From: a virus | Length of the DNA: 64,000 nt | Direction: 5' to 3' (one strand) | IMG/VR virus record: IMGVR_UViG_3300045996_000592 | Location: 70,156-134,155 of that record | Shown here: positions 29,115 through 38,852 of the stretch, one piece after another | Layout of the letters: each line of letters starts with the position of its first letter | Numbering within the stretch: position 1 is the first letter of the stretch | Made by a program: the position numbers and the translations under genes | Notes under the pieces: generated by a model | What the model saw: the letters and a program-made list of their open reading frames with translations, nothing else | Database searches by the model: none | What the model was told of the DNA's origin: nothing

Positions 29115-29354
29115 TTATGTTGGTTTTTGGTTTTCTTCTGGTTCGAGGAGCCCGTCTACGTCGATATACGCTACCGTCTTTTCTACACCATCCTCCCCTT
29201 TGAAGGTGGCTACGTTCACGTCGGATAACCGGTCTATGGAGAGGAAGAGTATATCGTCCCCGTCAAGGGTCGGTATGGTCACTTCTACATCCCCGTTACC
29301 ATGTACCTCAAGCAGGTTCTCCAGGTGGCAGATGAGCTGGTTTAGTTTGACCAT
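29115..29354 (-). CDS. Hypothetical protein
   Basis: 79 aa, MVKLNQLICHLENLLEVHGNGDVEV. Confidence 0.6.
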   Translation of the reverse strand: MVKLNQLICHLENLLEVHGNGDVEVTIPTLDGDDILFLSIDRLSDVNVATFKGEDGVEKTVAYIDVDGLLEPEENQKPT

Positions 29355-29462
29355 CGTTCGATCAGTTTTATGAGGCCGGACAGCAGGATGATAAAGAGTA
29401 GTATTAGACCGGCCATAGGTTAGAGGGCTCTCTATAATAATATACTCAAAAAACAGGAGAAT

Positions 29463-29499
29463 AAAAAATCCGGCAAACTCACAGGGAATCTGCCGGATT
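29463..29499 (-). terminator. Intrinsic terminator after the major capsid protein gene
   Basis: Minus AATCCGGCAGA...TTTGCCGGATT-TTTT. Confidence 0.75.
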
Positions 29500-29528
29500 A
29501 TAGGGGTTAAGTTTAGTGAAAAACCCGG

Positions 29529-31160
29529 TTACAGGGATGAGCCGTTTACAGGATTTTTCATGACGATTTTTAATAATTTAGAACTATCTTTAACCCATAT
29601 GGATTTATGGCGCTGCTTCATGTACACCTTATAACCTGAGAACAGGCCGTTAGACTGGAAGCCTGACGTAGATCCCATGTAGTCGGTATCACCGTTCTGG
29701 TAGAACCACTTCAACTGGTGCTCGGGGTGCTGGATCAGCTGGATGTTACCGTCTTCCTGGTCAGTTACGTCGTTGATCAGGAAGCTGTAAGAACTCAGCG
29801 GGAAACCGTCTATGATCGGGTTCTCGATATCGTTGTTGTGTACGTTATCGAAGGCCGGAGACAGTTCGAAGTAGCAGGTAGCCACGAACGGTATCTTGAT
29901 CGAATCGAACGCGAAACCGTACTGGAGGTTCATAGAACCGCGGCTGGCGTTGATAGCGCCGATCTCGGTAGCGTTGATCACGAAACCTGAGTTAACACCT
30001 GCGTTTTTAACCGCTTCGTTAACGAGCTTCATACCACCCATGCCGGTCTTGATCTTCAGGATACGGCCTGATTCAGGTCCTTCCCATTCAACTTTACCGT
30101 TGAAATAGTTGAAGATCTCTGTCTTGAACAGATCCAGAGTGAATGTACCCTTATTGTAGATACGCTTGTAGTTGTTGTCCAACTGTTTCCACAGGCCTAC
30201 AGACAGGCGGATGTCGCCGGCGCCGTCAGGGTTCTGTATCTTACCGCCCTTACCCCACATACACTGGGTCTCGATGTCGCGCGCGATCTTTGACAGACAC
30301 ACACCTTCCATCTTGGTAAGGAATGTACGGGAGAGTGTACCGTTAGCTTTTGCCTTCTTCACCCACTCAGCGCCCATGGTTTTAACCAGTGAGTCGATGT
30401 TGGCAATAGAAGGATCTATTTTCGGATCGTAGCATCTCCACAGTTCAGTAACCGGGATAGTACCGTTGGCGTTGATGTAACCTTTAGCGATCGCGTCAGC
30501 CTGGGAAGTGAAGCCCAGTGACTGAGAAGCCCACGCCTGGCCTACGAAATTGTAGTACTCACGGTTACCGCCGGATATCTCGCCCATGTCGTTGTACTTC
30601 TGGTCGTACTCACCCATGGCCGAACCGACAGAGAACCACTTGGTACCTGATGCCAGGTATGTGTTATCGAGGTAGTCTGATTGAGAGTTACTCAGCATCT
30701 TAACGGTATAGATGTAGCTATCCCCGGTGCGGATGATAGGGTCGTGTGTTACCACGCATTCCTTACCGTTATATTTATCGTAGGTGATGATCTCACCGTG
30801 GCCCCAAGCACGCTTGTTTACCTGGATCTGGAACGGAAGGCCGTCAGCGCCCTTTGTGGTAACCGAGCTCATTGGGTCGCCGGTGATATAAGGAAGGTCC
30901 GTTACTACCGGAGTGCTCCACTTGAACCTACCCTGCAGGTCAGTGATCTGGCGGGTATTCTTACCGCCGAACGCGGCCATAGAGTAAATAGGAGCCTCCA
31001 CCTTCTGCTTCATAACCCAGAAGTCTACTGGACCGAAATCATCGGGTGAGGTGTTTTTCAGCATCTGGGCCATGTGCTGGCTGTCCAGGTGAGAACCGAA
31101 GTTTTTGATCACGGTGTCACGTAAAAAGATGCCATTTGAGTTTAAAGACGGCGTCGCCAT
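29529..31160 (-). CDS. Major capsid protein (HK97 fold, crAss type)
   Basis: 543 aa; IETQCMWGKGG..GLWKQLD..KTGMGGM..SPAFD; order portal-scaffold-MCP; strongly biased codon usage; terminator downstream. Confidence 0.85.
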   Translation of the reverse strand: MATPSLNSNGIFLRDTVIKNFGSHLDSQHMAQMLKNTSPDDFGPVDFWVMKQKVEAPIYSMAAFGGKNTRQITDLQGRFKWSTPVVTDLPYITGDPMSSVTTKGADGLPFQIQVNKRAWGHGEIITYDKYNGKECVVTHDPIIRTGDSYIYTVKMLSNSQSDYLDNTYLASGTKWFSVGSAMGEYDQKYNDMGEISGGNREYYNFVGQAWASQSLGFTSQADAIAKGYINANGTIPVTELWRCYDPKIDPSIANIDSLVKTMGAEWVKKAKANGTLSRTFLTKMEGVCLSKIARDIETQCMWGKGGKIQNPDGAGDIRLSVGLWKQLDNNYKRIYNKGTFTLDLFKTEIFNYFNGKVEWEGPESGRILKIKTGMGGMKLVNEAVKNAGVNSGFVINATEIGAINASRGSMNLQYGFAFDSIKIPFVATCYFELSPAFDNVHNNDIENPIIDGFPLSSYSFLINDVTDQEDGNIQLIQHPEHQLKWFYQNGDTDYMGSTSGFQSNGLFSGYKVYMKQRHKSIWVKDSSKLLKIVMKNPVNGSSL

Positions 31161-31206
31161 ATAGGTCTTGAGGGTTTAGGTTAGGGTTTGTAGTTAATAG
31201 GGTTAT

Positions 31207-32442
31207 TTATCGTTCGAAAAAGTTCCGCTCAGGTCGTTGTATCTTGGATTTACCGGTGGACTTCGAAGTATTATCGTCCGTCCTTATCACCGGGAGGGAA
31301 GATCCTGATTTACCTTGTGTGGTCTTCAGTCTCCGGACATGATCTTCGGTGGCTTTATTCTTACCCCTCTGTTCAATGGCCTCCATGAAGCGTTCCCGGT
31401 CTTTAAGTAAGAAGAGTGCTTCCGCTATCCTTGAGTAGTCAGCCTCGGGGCCGAACTGGTATTTTTCTATCAGGTGGGCGAACTCGTTGGTTGGTTGCCC
31501 GGAAAGGGATTGGTAGTTCAGTTGGGTAAGGCCAGTGAACAGTTCATTCTGGTCTTTTGTGGTCAGCTTCAACCCGTTCAGTTCGCCTGGTTTGAGGGCG
31601 TCGTGTACGTTTTTGACGTAAGCCTGGGCTGCCGCCTGACGCTGCCTGTTGGCCTCTTCCTGCTGGGCGAGTTTGGCCTGAACGACCTCCTCCTGCATCT
31701 TATCCAGCTTAGGTTTGAAGTTCTTGGCCTTATCCTCGATCTTACCGAGGTCTTTTAGTTCACCGATCTCGGCCTCGATCTCTTCGGATGTACCGAACTC
31801 CTTGGCCTGGAGATAAGAGCGTACTATGTGTACCTGGTCCTCTTCTTTTTCAGGGTCGAGGTTATTCATCTTCTGTACCTGTCCGAGGACGCTGAAAATA
31901 CCTTCGATATCAGAACCTCCTTCGAGGGCGTATTTTACGGCTACTTTCAGTTTTTCGGGGAGTACTTCAAAGAGCTGCTGGGGGGCCTCCTGGCGTATTT
32001 TGTTCTCTACCGCCCTTAGATTCTCGTCTACAAGTTCTTCAAGGTCCTTCTCCGGCTGGCGGTTGAGGTATTCCTCTACTGTCTCCTTAGACTCGTCGTA
32101 ATCGTCGAACGCGAAGAACGCGCCGGACTCGATCTTTTTATTCAGGAGCTTTACCAGGGCTGATTTATCTGTCTTGGCGCGGCCGGGTTTTTTCTCCTCG
32201 GCGTCTTCTTCAGTTACCTCTTCGTCGAGGACTGATAGATCAACCGGTTCATCAGTCTTAGTAGCAGGATCAGGAGTTTTGTGTTCTTCTTCAACCGGCT
32301 CATCTAATACGGATGTGTGGTCTTCCTGTTTAAAGAATTTTGTATCTATTTTCTCCGCCGGAATGACCATCTCAGGGGTCGTCCCGAGGTTATCCCAATC
32401 GTCAAGATTGATATCTACCTCGTTAGTAGTTACTTCAGCCAT
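31207..32442 (-). CDS. Capsid scaffolding-like protein
   Basis: Acidic N-terminus, long coiled coils, directly upstream of MCP. Confidence 0.7.
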   Translation of the reverse strand: MAEVTTNEVDINLDDWDNLGTTPEMVIPAEKIDTKFFKQEDHTSVLDEPVEEEHKTPDPATKTDEPVDLSVLDEEVTEEDAEEKKPGRAKTDKSALVKLLNKKIESGAFFAFDDYDESKETVEEYLNRQPEKDLEELVDENLRAVENKIRQEAPQQLFEVLPEKLKVAVKYALEGGSDIEGIFSVLGQVQKMNNLDPEKEEDQVHIVRSYLQAKEFGTSEEIEAEIGELKDLGKIEDKAKNFKPKLDKMQEEVVQAKLAQQEEANRQRQAAAQAYVKNVHDALKPGELNGLKLTTKDQNELFTGLTQLNYQSLSGQPTNEFAHLIEKYQFGPEADYSRIAEALFLLKDRERFMEAIEQRGKNKATEDHVRRLKTTQGKSGSSLPVIRTDDNTSKSTGKSKIQRPERNFFER

Positions 32443-32509
32443 AAGGTTTGTTGGTTTTAGACGGGGTGGGTATGAGAAACCCGGGAAAGAGAACTTCCCG
32501 TCACTAATA

Positions 32510-32541
32510 ATAAACTAAGGATAATCTTTTAGATATCCAAA
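32510..32541 (-). promoter_or_regulatory. Bacteroidota-type promoter for scaffold-MCP
   Basis: TTTG-N20-TAGTTTAT. Confidence 0.65.
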
Positions 32542-32556
32542 AAACTTTTTCGGTAA

Positions 32557-35304
32557 TTATTTTTTCTTGGCGTCCTTCTGCTTCTTCAGGGCTGCCTCCT
32601 TAACCCGGTGCTGGACGAGCTCCTCCCGTGTACGGGCATTTTCTGCATCAACCTTCTGACGCTGTATGTCCAGCTTCTGACGTTCGAGGTCGGTCTTAGT
32701 GAGGTGCTGTATCTTCTTAAAGTTCATCTCCTCCTGGAAGTTGGACTGGGCCTGTATGCTGTCCAGTTCCTCCTGGTAGGCGTCCACTCCGGCCTGCGGG
32801 TCCTCGGCATCAGCCGCTCTTGACGCAGCCTGTATCCGGGCTATCAGTACATCTTTGAGCCGCTCTTTTTCGGATTCTGCGTCACTGTGATCCCACTCCA
32901 TCTGTTTCAGCCTCATCTCCTGCTCCAGCTCCGCCTCGTGCTGCCTCTTCTGCTCTTCCAATTGGGCCCGTTGGTTCTGCTCCATCTTCATTTCTATCTC
33001 GTGAACTACCTTATCGAGTTCCGCGAGGTTATCAGCCTTCAGCACCTTGGCGAACGCTATACCTGTACCGGTGGTATTATCGTTCATCATCTTCTGCTTT
33101 ACCTGTGCGAGTACCTGGCGGGCGTTGATCTCGGTAACACCCATGACGTTGATATCCCGGAGGAGCAGTTTTGTACCGTCTATACGGAAGGTCTCCCTCA
33201 TATTATTATCCGTCACATACTGAAGGGTGACAGAAGGGTTGGTGGAGTTATAATACTGTGCGAGTTCCGTCCTCATCTGGTGAACACGGGGCATCAGGTG
33301 GTCGCAGTGCTGGGTGAAATACATCTCCGTCTGATCGTAGGAACGGTTAAGCGCTTCCTCGAACCCTTTGGCAGACTGTTCCTGGGCTATAGGTTGTCCC
33401 AGTCGCTGGGCGTTGAATCCGATAGATTCGAACGCGGCCTTCTTCAGATACTCTGCCTGCTGTATCAACCCGAGTATCCGGTTGGTTTGTGACAGGTCGG
33501 CTACGTGGGTCTGGTTGAACTGGCCGGTACCCTGGATGTTCTTGGTGGAGTGGTCCAGTACGGCTACGTTATACTGCCGCATGGTGGTCACGAAGTTGTT
33601 GAAGTCCCAATCCTCACCCATGGAGTGTTTAGGGATGGTGTTCTGGTCGATGATAAGAACCGACCCCATCTCGTCTATCCGGATGTCGTCTATCTTATTG
33701 TGGACCATATTGAACCCTATCTGGTAAGGAAGCAGCCTTCCCACCATAGGTACGGAGATCGTATGCCTGTCGGAGAATACCGCGCCCTCCACAGGGAGCT
33801 TTACTCCCCAGATATTATCGTCACCCTTGAATTGGAACGGCAGCCTTCCCGGTTTACCCCCGTTGAGACCGAGGTATATCGGTTCAAACCCATCCGGGTT
33901 ATTCATCCCGAACCAGCTCGGCCGGTTGGGGCCTACTTTATAACCGCCCCAGACCTCGTTGGCCCAGAACCAGTCTATATGCTCTCCGAAAACGAGGTTG
34001 CGCTTGGTCTTCTCTTTATATACGGTTGTGTCGTAGATGGGTTTATCCACGACTTTGTAGGTCTCGTCTATGATGGTCTTGATGGGAACCGGTGAACCGG
34101 GAACTATCTTGGTAAGCTCACCAAACTTACGCTGCGTCTTCCAGTAGACCGTAGATACCCTGATGTAGGTGTTCTGGCGGTCATTGGTCTGCAGGTCCTC
34201 TGAGTTCAGTAGGGTTTCCAGTACGACGTCCCCGTGGTTATTCATGAACTCATGCCGGCTCATGTACTGGCGCATACCGAGACTCGGCCCCTGTGTATTC
34301 CACTCGTAGGACTGGGTGTTATCGTAGTAGGAACCGTCGTTCGGCATGTCCAGGGTGTACATAGCCGCCCTTACAGGGTGCATCTGTTCCAGGGACTCCA
34401 TCTGCTCGGCGGTCATCAGCCATCCCAGTTTGTCTATGACGTCGGGAACCGTCATCACGTCATAGTTGACTATCCAGCTGGCGTTACTCATCCAGCGTTC
34501 CCCCGGTGATTTATGGTAGGCAGTAAGCAGCGTACTCCAGAGTTCCGGCTCGTAGTCGTCTTCCTTCATCCGGAAGTGCCAGAACTCGCGGTCTGTAGCC
34601 AGGTTGTCAATGAATGCCATATCCTCCAGCTCATTCATGTGGAAGCGCTTATCGTCTACCGCCTGCTGCTTCTGGGCCCACTCCGCGTAGATATCCCGGT
34701 AGGACGTCCTGTAGAACTCCTGTAGTTCCGGTAACTGTTTCAGTACATCCGGCTGCAGCTGTTTCTGAACCTCGGGATCACCGAAGTCAGCGCCAGAAGA
34801 CCGGAGTCTCTTCACCATCCGGAACTCTGCGTCAGCGATAAGGATCTCCTCGAGTTTACTCTTTTTGTCCTGCTCCAGTTCGCTGAGGCTCTGCTCGTCG
34901 GTGGTATAGTAAATAAGTTTGGACCGCCTCTTACTGAACTCAGTACGGAAGCAGTCTATTATAGTAGGGATGATGGGGTAGAACCTAAGCTCCATCCCGG
35001 TCTGCGTATCCTCGGACAACAGATCGACCATATCACTCATCTCGTTATCTTCGGTGGGGATGTAGTCGGTGCGGTCGATGATACCCTTGGCCGCCTTATA
35101 ATACTTCAGGAGTTTAGGGGCAGTCGTTCTCAGCTGGCGGATACCCTGCCACTCGATAAAGTCGAGTACGTTAGCAGCCCACAGGTCATCCTTCTGGTCG
35201 GCCGGCAGCATCTGGTAAGGCTGGGTCAGACTCCCGAAAGAAGAGGGTTTTTTAACTTTCGCACCGTTCTTTAGGTCCGAAGATGAATACACACTTTTGG
35301 GCAT
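32557..35304 (-). CDS. Portal protein
   Basis: 915 aa; FYPIIPTII, VYWKTQRKFG, WANEVWGG and GFNAQRLG; coiled-coil C-terminus; lies between TerL and scaffold. Confidence 0.85.
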   Translation of the reverse strand: MPKSVYSSSDLKNGAKVKKPSSFGSLTQPYQMLPADQKDDLWAANVLDFIEWQGIRQLRTTAPKLLKYYKAAKGIIDRTDYIPTEDNEMSDMVDLLSEDTQTGMELRFYPIIPTIIDCFRTEFSKRRSKLIYYTTDEQSLSELEQDKKSKLEEILIADAEFRMVKRLRSSGADFGDPEVQKQLQPDVLKQLPELQEFYRTSYRDIYAEWAQKQQAVDDKRFHMNELEDMAFIDNLATDREFWHFRMKEDDYEPELWSTLLTAYHKSPGERWMSNASWIVNYDVMTVPDVIDKLGWLMTAEQMESLEQMHPVRAAMYTLDMPNDGSYYDNTQSYEWNTQGPSLGMRQYMSRHEFMNNHGDVVLETLLNSEDLQTNDRQNTYIRVSTVYWKTQRKFGELTKIVPGSPVPIKTIIDETYKVVDKPIYDTTVYKEKTKRNLVFGEHIDWFWANEVWGGYKVGPNRPSWFGMNNPDGFEPIYLGLNGGKPGRLPFQFKGDDNIWGVKLPVEGAVFSDRHTISVPMVGRLLPYQIGFNMVHNKIDDIRIDEMGSVLIIDQNTIPKHSMGEDWDFNNFVTTMRQYNVAVLDHSTKNIQGTGQFNQTHVADLSQTNRILGLIQQAEYLKKAAFESIGFNAQRLGQPIAQEQSAKGFEEALNRSYDQTEMYFTQHCDHLMPRVHQMRTELAQYYNSTNPSVTLQYVTDNNMRETFRIDGTKLLLRDINVMGVTEINARQVLAQVKQKMMNDNTTGTGIAFAKVLKADNLAELDKVVHEIEMKMEQNQRAQLEEQKRQHEAELEQEMRLKQMEWDHSDAESEKERLKDVLIARIQAASRAADAEDPQAGVDAYQEELDSIQAQSNFQEEMNFKKIQHLTKTDLERQKLDIQRQKVDAENARTREELVQHRVKEAALKKQKDAKKK

Positions 35305-35309
35305 AGAGG

Positions 35310-35546
35310 TTAGTTCTCTGAGAACTCAGATGGGGTTGTAGAGGTAGTGAAGAACGTACCGGGACCGAATGTGGTAGTAGGGTAATCCGGGAATACCGGA
35401 GCAGTAGTGTATGGTAGCGTAAGAGTTGACGGGACAAACTGTACGGATACAGTGTCTATCTCCTTAACCAACTCGATCAGCTCTTCCATCGTTATGTGGT
35501 TCTCACGAAATAACCTATCGAGGATCTCGGTTTTCTTCTGGTTCAT
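35310..35546 (-). CDS. Hypothetical protein
   Basis: Start reassigned to MNQKKTEILDRL; T/P-rich tail. Confidence 0.6.
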   Translation of the reverse strand: MNQKKTEILDRLFRENHITMEELIELVKEIDTVSVQFVPSTLTLPYTTAPVFPDYPTTTFGPGTFFTTSTTPSEFSEN

Positions 35547-35559
35547 AAACTGATGGGGT

Positions 35560-37764
35560 TTATCGGTAGTGGTTGAAGGGCTGTTTTTTAAACTTACCCG
35601 GTTTACGTCCGATGTTGGAAAAGGGACTCCTAGATAAATTACTGAAAAAACCCGGTTTTTCCAACTTAGTGTCCTCCACATTCATCTTCCGCAGTCCCAT
35701 GGACGGCTCCTGTACCTTCACGAACGCTATAAGTGCGGCGAGTGCCACGAGGTTATCGTAGTTACCCTCACCGTTATAGGCTACCATCTCCTTGAGTACG
35801 TTTATATCGGGTATCCGTTCTATGCCATAGGTGGTCTTCACTACAGTACCGTCAGGTTTTGTCTCTGGTTCACCCAACTCCTCTTTCAGGAAATTGATCA
35901 GGTAATCGAGAAGGACGCTCTGGAAGAACGTGCCTTGGTTGTGCCATCCGTACTCGATGTTTCCCGATATCTCCGCTTTCAGATCCTTGTAGAACAACAT
36001 CTGTGTCTTGGGTACCAGCAGGTGTTGTTTATTTTTGTTCTGCATGTAGGTGATGAAGCTGGGTACGTTCTTCTCAACTACCGTCCAGGCGTTATAGAGT
36101 TCGACCATCATCATAGCCCGATCATTCGTCTTGTTAGAGTCATCGAACCTTCCGAACCACCACATGACCACGTCTCCGCGTTCTATATAGGATTCATCCT
36201 GACCGTTTGCGTTTTTTCGCGTCACCTGCATCTCGTTCCGATAGATATAGATACAGAAGAGGGATTCGGATGTTGTAGTTTTCCCGGTAGCATTGATGGG
36301 ATCGACAGAGGCGTAATAAGTGCCCCAGGGAGCGCCGGGCCGAGGGGCCTCCGTCATACAGATGACACCACTCTTATCCTCAGCTTTCTTGTCTATAGGG
36401 AAGGTCATTGGGAGTCTGCGGCTCGGGACTACTTCAAGGCCCTTCTCCCCGCGAACAACGTCCACGTACTGGATCGGGTATTCTTTATCTTCGATCCGTT
36501 TTATCTGACGGTTGACGAGGTGAAGTGGGAAGGGGGACTCCTTGCGGTACGCGAAGGTTTCGTAAAGGTTGATCGGCTTCTGGGATATCCTCAGCTGGTA
36601 CTTATCCGCCGGTAGAGTCTTTTTCCACTCTTTACGCTCTTCGAGGATGGCCTCTAACGCCTCTTTTACCTGAGAGTTACCGTATTGGTCTATGAAGGGT
36701 TGCATGTTCCACTGTTCCGGAATAAATAAACCGGATAACCCTTCCGTACCCTTATCATCCAGGAGTTTTGTTCTGACGGGATACATCTGGTAGCCGACCG
36801 GATCGCGCATCATCTTCTCTAACGGTTTGCACTGGTCAAGATCACCCACTGAACCGGCGGCTATAAACATACCGGTGGTAGTCATACCCATTTGTAATGC
36901 CGGTCGGATGTACTCGTAGGTTTCATCCATTTTAGGACATATACCGGCCTCCTCCATAAAAAAGTATACTACCGGGCCGCCGACTCCGTTAGTAGCGTCC
37001 TTTTCGAAGGAGTATCCGGTGATCGTAGACTTCAGTCCCTTGTAGGTATCGCGGTCATTTTCCCTCACCGATATACGCTGCATCCAGTTGAGCGGTTTGT
37101 TAGGATCTGCCGGGCGGTACCACGCGGTATTACCGTTCAGGAAGTCCTTATATTCATTCAGATATTTCCAAGAACCCTTCTCGTTGATATAGTCTTTCAG
37201 TGAGGCTCCTACTTTGAGTACGGCACCTGACTCAAACCAGTATTGGTTGAGGATTTTGGCCATATGGTAGTAACTCGAACCGTATTGACGTTTTTTAGTG
37301 ATGACAACATGACTGTAGTAAAGTTCAGCCAAGGTCTCGTACAGCGCCATATGATATTGGCTGTCCTGTACCTTGGGGAACCGGAACCTCTTTTCCTCCT
37401 TATCATAGATCGGTAGAAAGTTTACCCAGAAATAGTAGTCGCGGGGTAAGTACCAGGTTTTACCGTTATTCTTGTAGATGCCCCCTTTACGACAACGCTC
37501 CTTCTGTGTATCCCAGTAGGTTATGTAGTCCTTAGACATCTTCGGGGAGTCGCAGTAGAACCCGTGTTTGTTGAACTTACGGGCTTCTGCGTTAAAGAGT
37601 TCAGCGGTCTCATCAAACTCGTACCAGACGTTTGTCTCAGTATCCGGGCCCTCTTCCTTAAACAGGGATTTCACAAACTCCCGGAACTCTTCTCGGGAAT
37701 AAAAAGCGGTATGAGTCCACACGCCGTTTTCACAGGTGGGGACTAAAATATAGGGTTCGGTCAT
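35560..37764 (-). CDS. terL: Terminase large subunit
   Basis: KKRQYGSS Walker A variant, FFMEEAG Walker B, ASVDP nuclease motif, VEKN and GNYDNL. Confidence 0.92.
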   Translation of the reverse strand: MTEPYILVPTCENGVWTHTAFYSREEFREFVKSLFKEEGPDTETNVWYEFDETAELFNAEARKFNKHGFYCDSPKMSKDYITYWDTQKERCRKGGIYKNNGKTWYLPRDYYFWVNFLPIYDKEEKRFRFPKVQDSQYHMALYETLAELYYSHVVITKKRQYGSSYYHMAKILNQYWFESGAVLKVGASLKDYINEKGSWKYLNEYKDFLNGNTAWYRPADPNKPLNWMQRISVRENDRDTYKGLKSTITGYSFEKDATNGVGGPVVYFFMEEAGICPKMDETYEYIRPALQMGMTTTGMFIAAGSVGDLDQCKPLEKMMRDPVGYQMYPVRTKLLDDKGTEGLSGLFIPEQWNMQPFIDQYGNSQVKEALEAILEERKEWKKTLPADKYQLRISQKPINLYETFAYRKESPFPLHLVNRQIKRIEDKEYPIQYVDVVRGEKGLEVVPSRRLPMTFPIDKKAEDKSGVICMTEAPRPGAPWGTYYASVDPINATGKTTTSESLFCIYIYRNEMQVTRKNANGQDESYIERGDVVMWWFGRFDDSNKTNDRAMMMVELYNAWTVVEKNVPSFITYMQNKNKQHLLVPKTQMLFYKDLKAEISGNIEYGWHNQGTFFQSVLLDYLINFLKEELGEPETKPDGTVVKTTYGIERIPDINVLKEMVAYNGEGNYDNLVALAALIAFVKVQEPSMGLRKMNVEDTKLEKPGFFSNLSRSPFSNIGRKPGKFKKQPFNHYR

Positions 37765-37767
37765 GGG

Positions 37768-37974
37768 TTATTTTACAGTGACAGTACCATCAGGGTGTTT
37801 TATGTAGATGGTAACACTTGCCGGTATTCCGTCTGCTGTAAAGACGGGGTCTATACCACATAGATAGGTACTCATCTTCAGGTGTTCCGGTATTTCCTTT
37901 TTGTATTCCCTTCTGTGATCAGGGGTTGTCTCTGATAGCCTGTAGAGCGGTGGTTTATTTGTCGTTTTCTTCAT
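37768..37974 (-). CDS. Hypothetical protein
   Basis: 68 aa filling the phoH-terL gap. Confidence 0.45.
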   Translation of the reverse strand: MKKTTNKPPLYRLSETTPDHRREYKKEIPEHLKMSTYLCGIDPVFTADGIPASVTIYIKHPDGTVTVK

Positions 37975-38617
37975 ATATAGATAGGATTTCTGTGATTATT
38001 TTATGGCGGTGGTTCTCCTTTAATTCTACCAGAGAAAAACCTTCGACTTTCGTCAGGTGCTTACACATAAACTCGAACCCTGATTGTTTGGGGTTCTTAA
38101 GGTCTATCTGGTCGCTGTCGCCGCAGAACACCAACCGGCTACCTTCACACAAACGAGTAAGAATAAGTTTTGTCTGGGACTTGGTGAGATTTTGGGCCTC
38201 CTCGATAATAACCAAGGAGCCGGGATAGAAGTTATCCCCGCGCAGGAACCCGACCGGAGCTATCTCGATCTTACCTTCCTGTATCAGGTTCTCTACTGTT
38301 TTCTCAGACTTATAGAGATGGCGGATACACTTCTTTAAGGGGCGGACGTAAGGCTCTATCTTCGAAATTTCATCGCCCGGAAGATAGCCTAGGTCCTCTG
38401 CAGCTACCGCCGGCCGGGTTATGATCAGTTGGTTGATGTCTCCTTTAAATAGGAGGTCTAATCCGGCGTTCGCGCAGAGAAGGCTTTTCCCACTACCGGC
38501 CTTACCGGTAACTACCGTAACCGCACTATTGATGATGACTTCTTTACCTGTCTTCTGTTCTTCTGAGAGTTTTATTTGGAACGTGATCGGATTTTTGGGT
38601 TTACGGTTCTGAGACAT
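37955..38617 (-). CDS. phoH: PhoH-family ATPase
   Basis: GKAGSGKS, ITRPAV, LGYLPG, FLRG, EEAQN, GDSDQIDL and NHRH. Confidence 0.92.
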   Translation of the reverse strand: MSQNRKPKNPITFQIKLSEEQKTGKEVIINSAVTVVTGKAGSGKSLLCANAGLDLLFKGDINQLIITRPAVAAEDLGYLPGDEISKIEPYVRPLKKCIRHLYKSEKTVENLIQEGKIEIAPVGFLRGDNFYPGSLVIIEEAQNLTKSQTKLILTRLCEGSRLVFCGDSDQIDLKNPKQSGFEFMCKHLTKVEGFSLVELKENHRHKIITEILSIYEENDK

Positions 38618-38621
38618 AGGG

Positions 38622-38852
38622 TTAGGGTAGGTTAAACTGGGTTTTTAATTTTCTAAGGGTAGCGGGGTTTATGGCACCTACCTTCCGGTATTCATCTAGT
38701 CCCCATTCAGTAAGGTGAGACTGTCCTGGCCAGAACTCATAGATACCGAATACCTTTTCATCTTCTGTCTGCAGAACTATGAACGGGGTGGGTTGGTAAT
38801 ACCCGTCTATGATGTCACCTACTTCCGGTTGGTAATCTGGTTTTCTATCCAT
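38622..38852 (-). CDS. Hypothetical protein
   Basis: 76 aa filling the gap in the operon. Confidence 0.55.
   Translation of the reverse strand: MDRKPDYQPEVGDIIDGYYQPTPFIVLQTEDEKVFGIYEFWPGQSHLTEWGLDEYRKVGAINPATLRKLKTQFNLP

Noticed and set aside
29529-37764. Inteins or introns in TerL, portal or MCP
   Set aside because: The ORFs are continuous and of expected size, with no C/S...HN intein ends or LAGLIDADG motifs seen.
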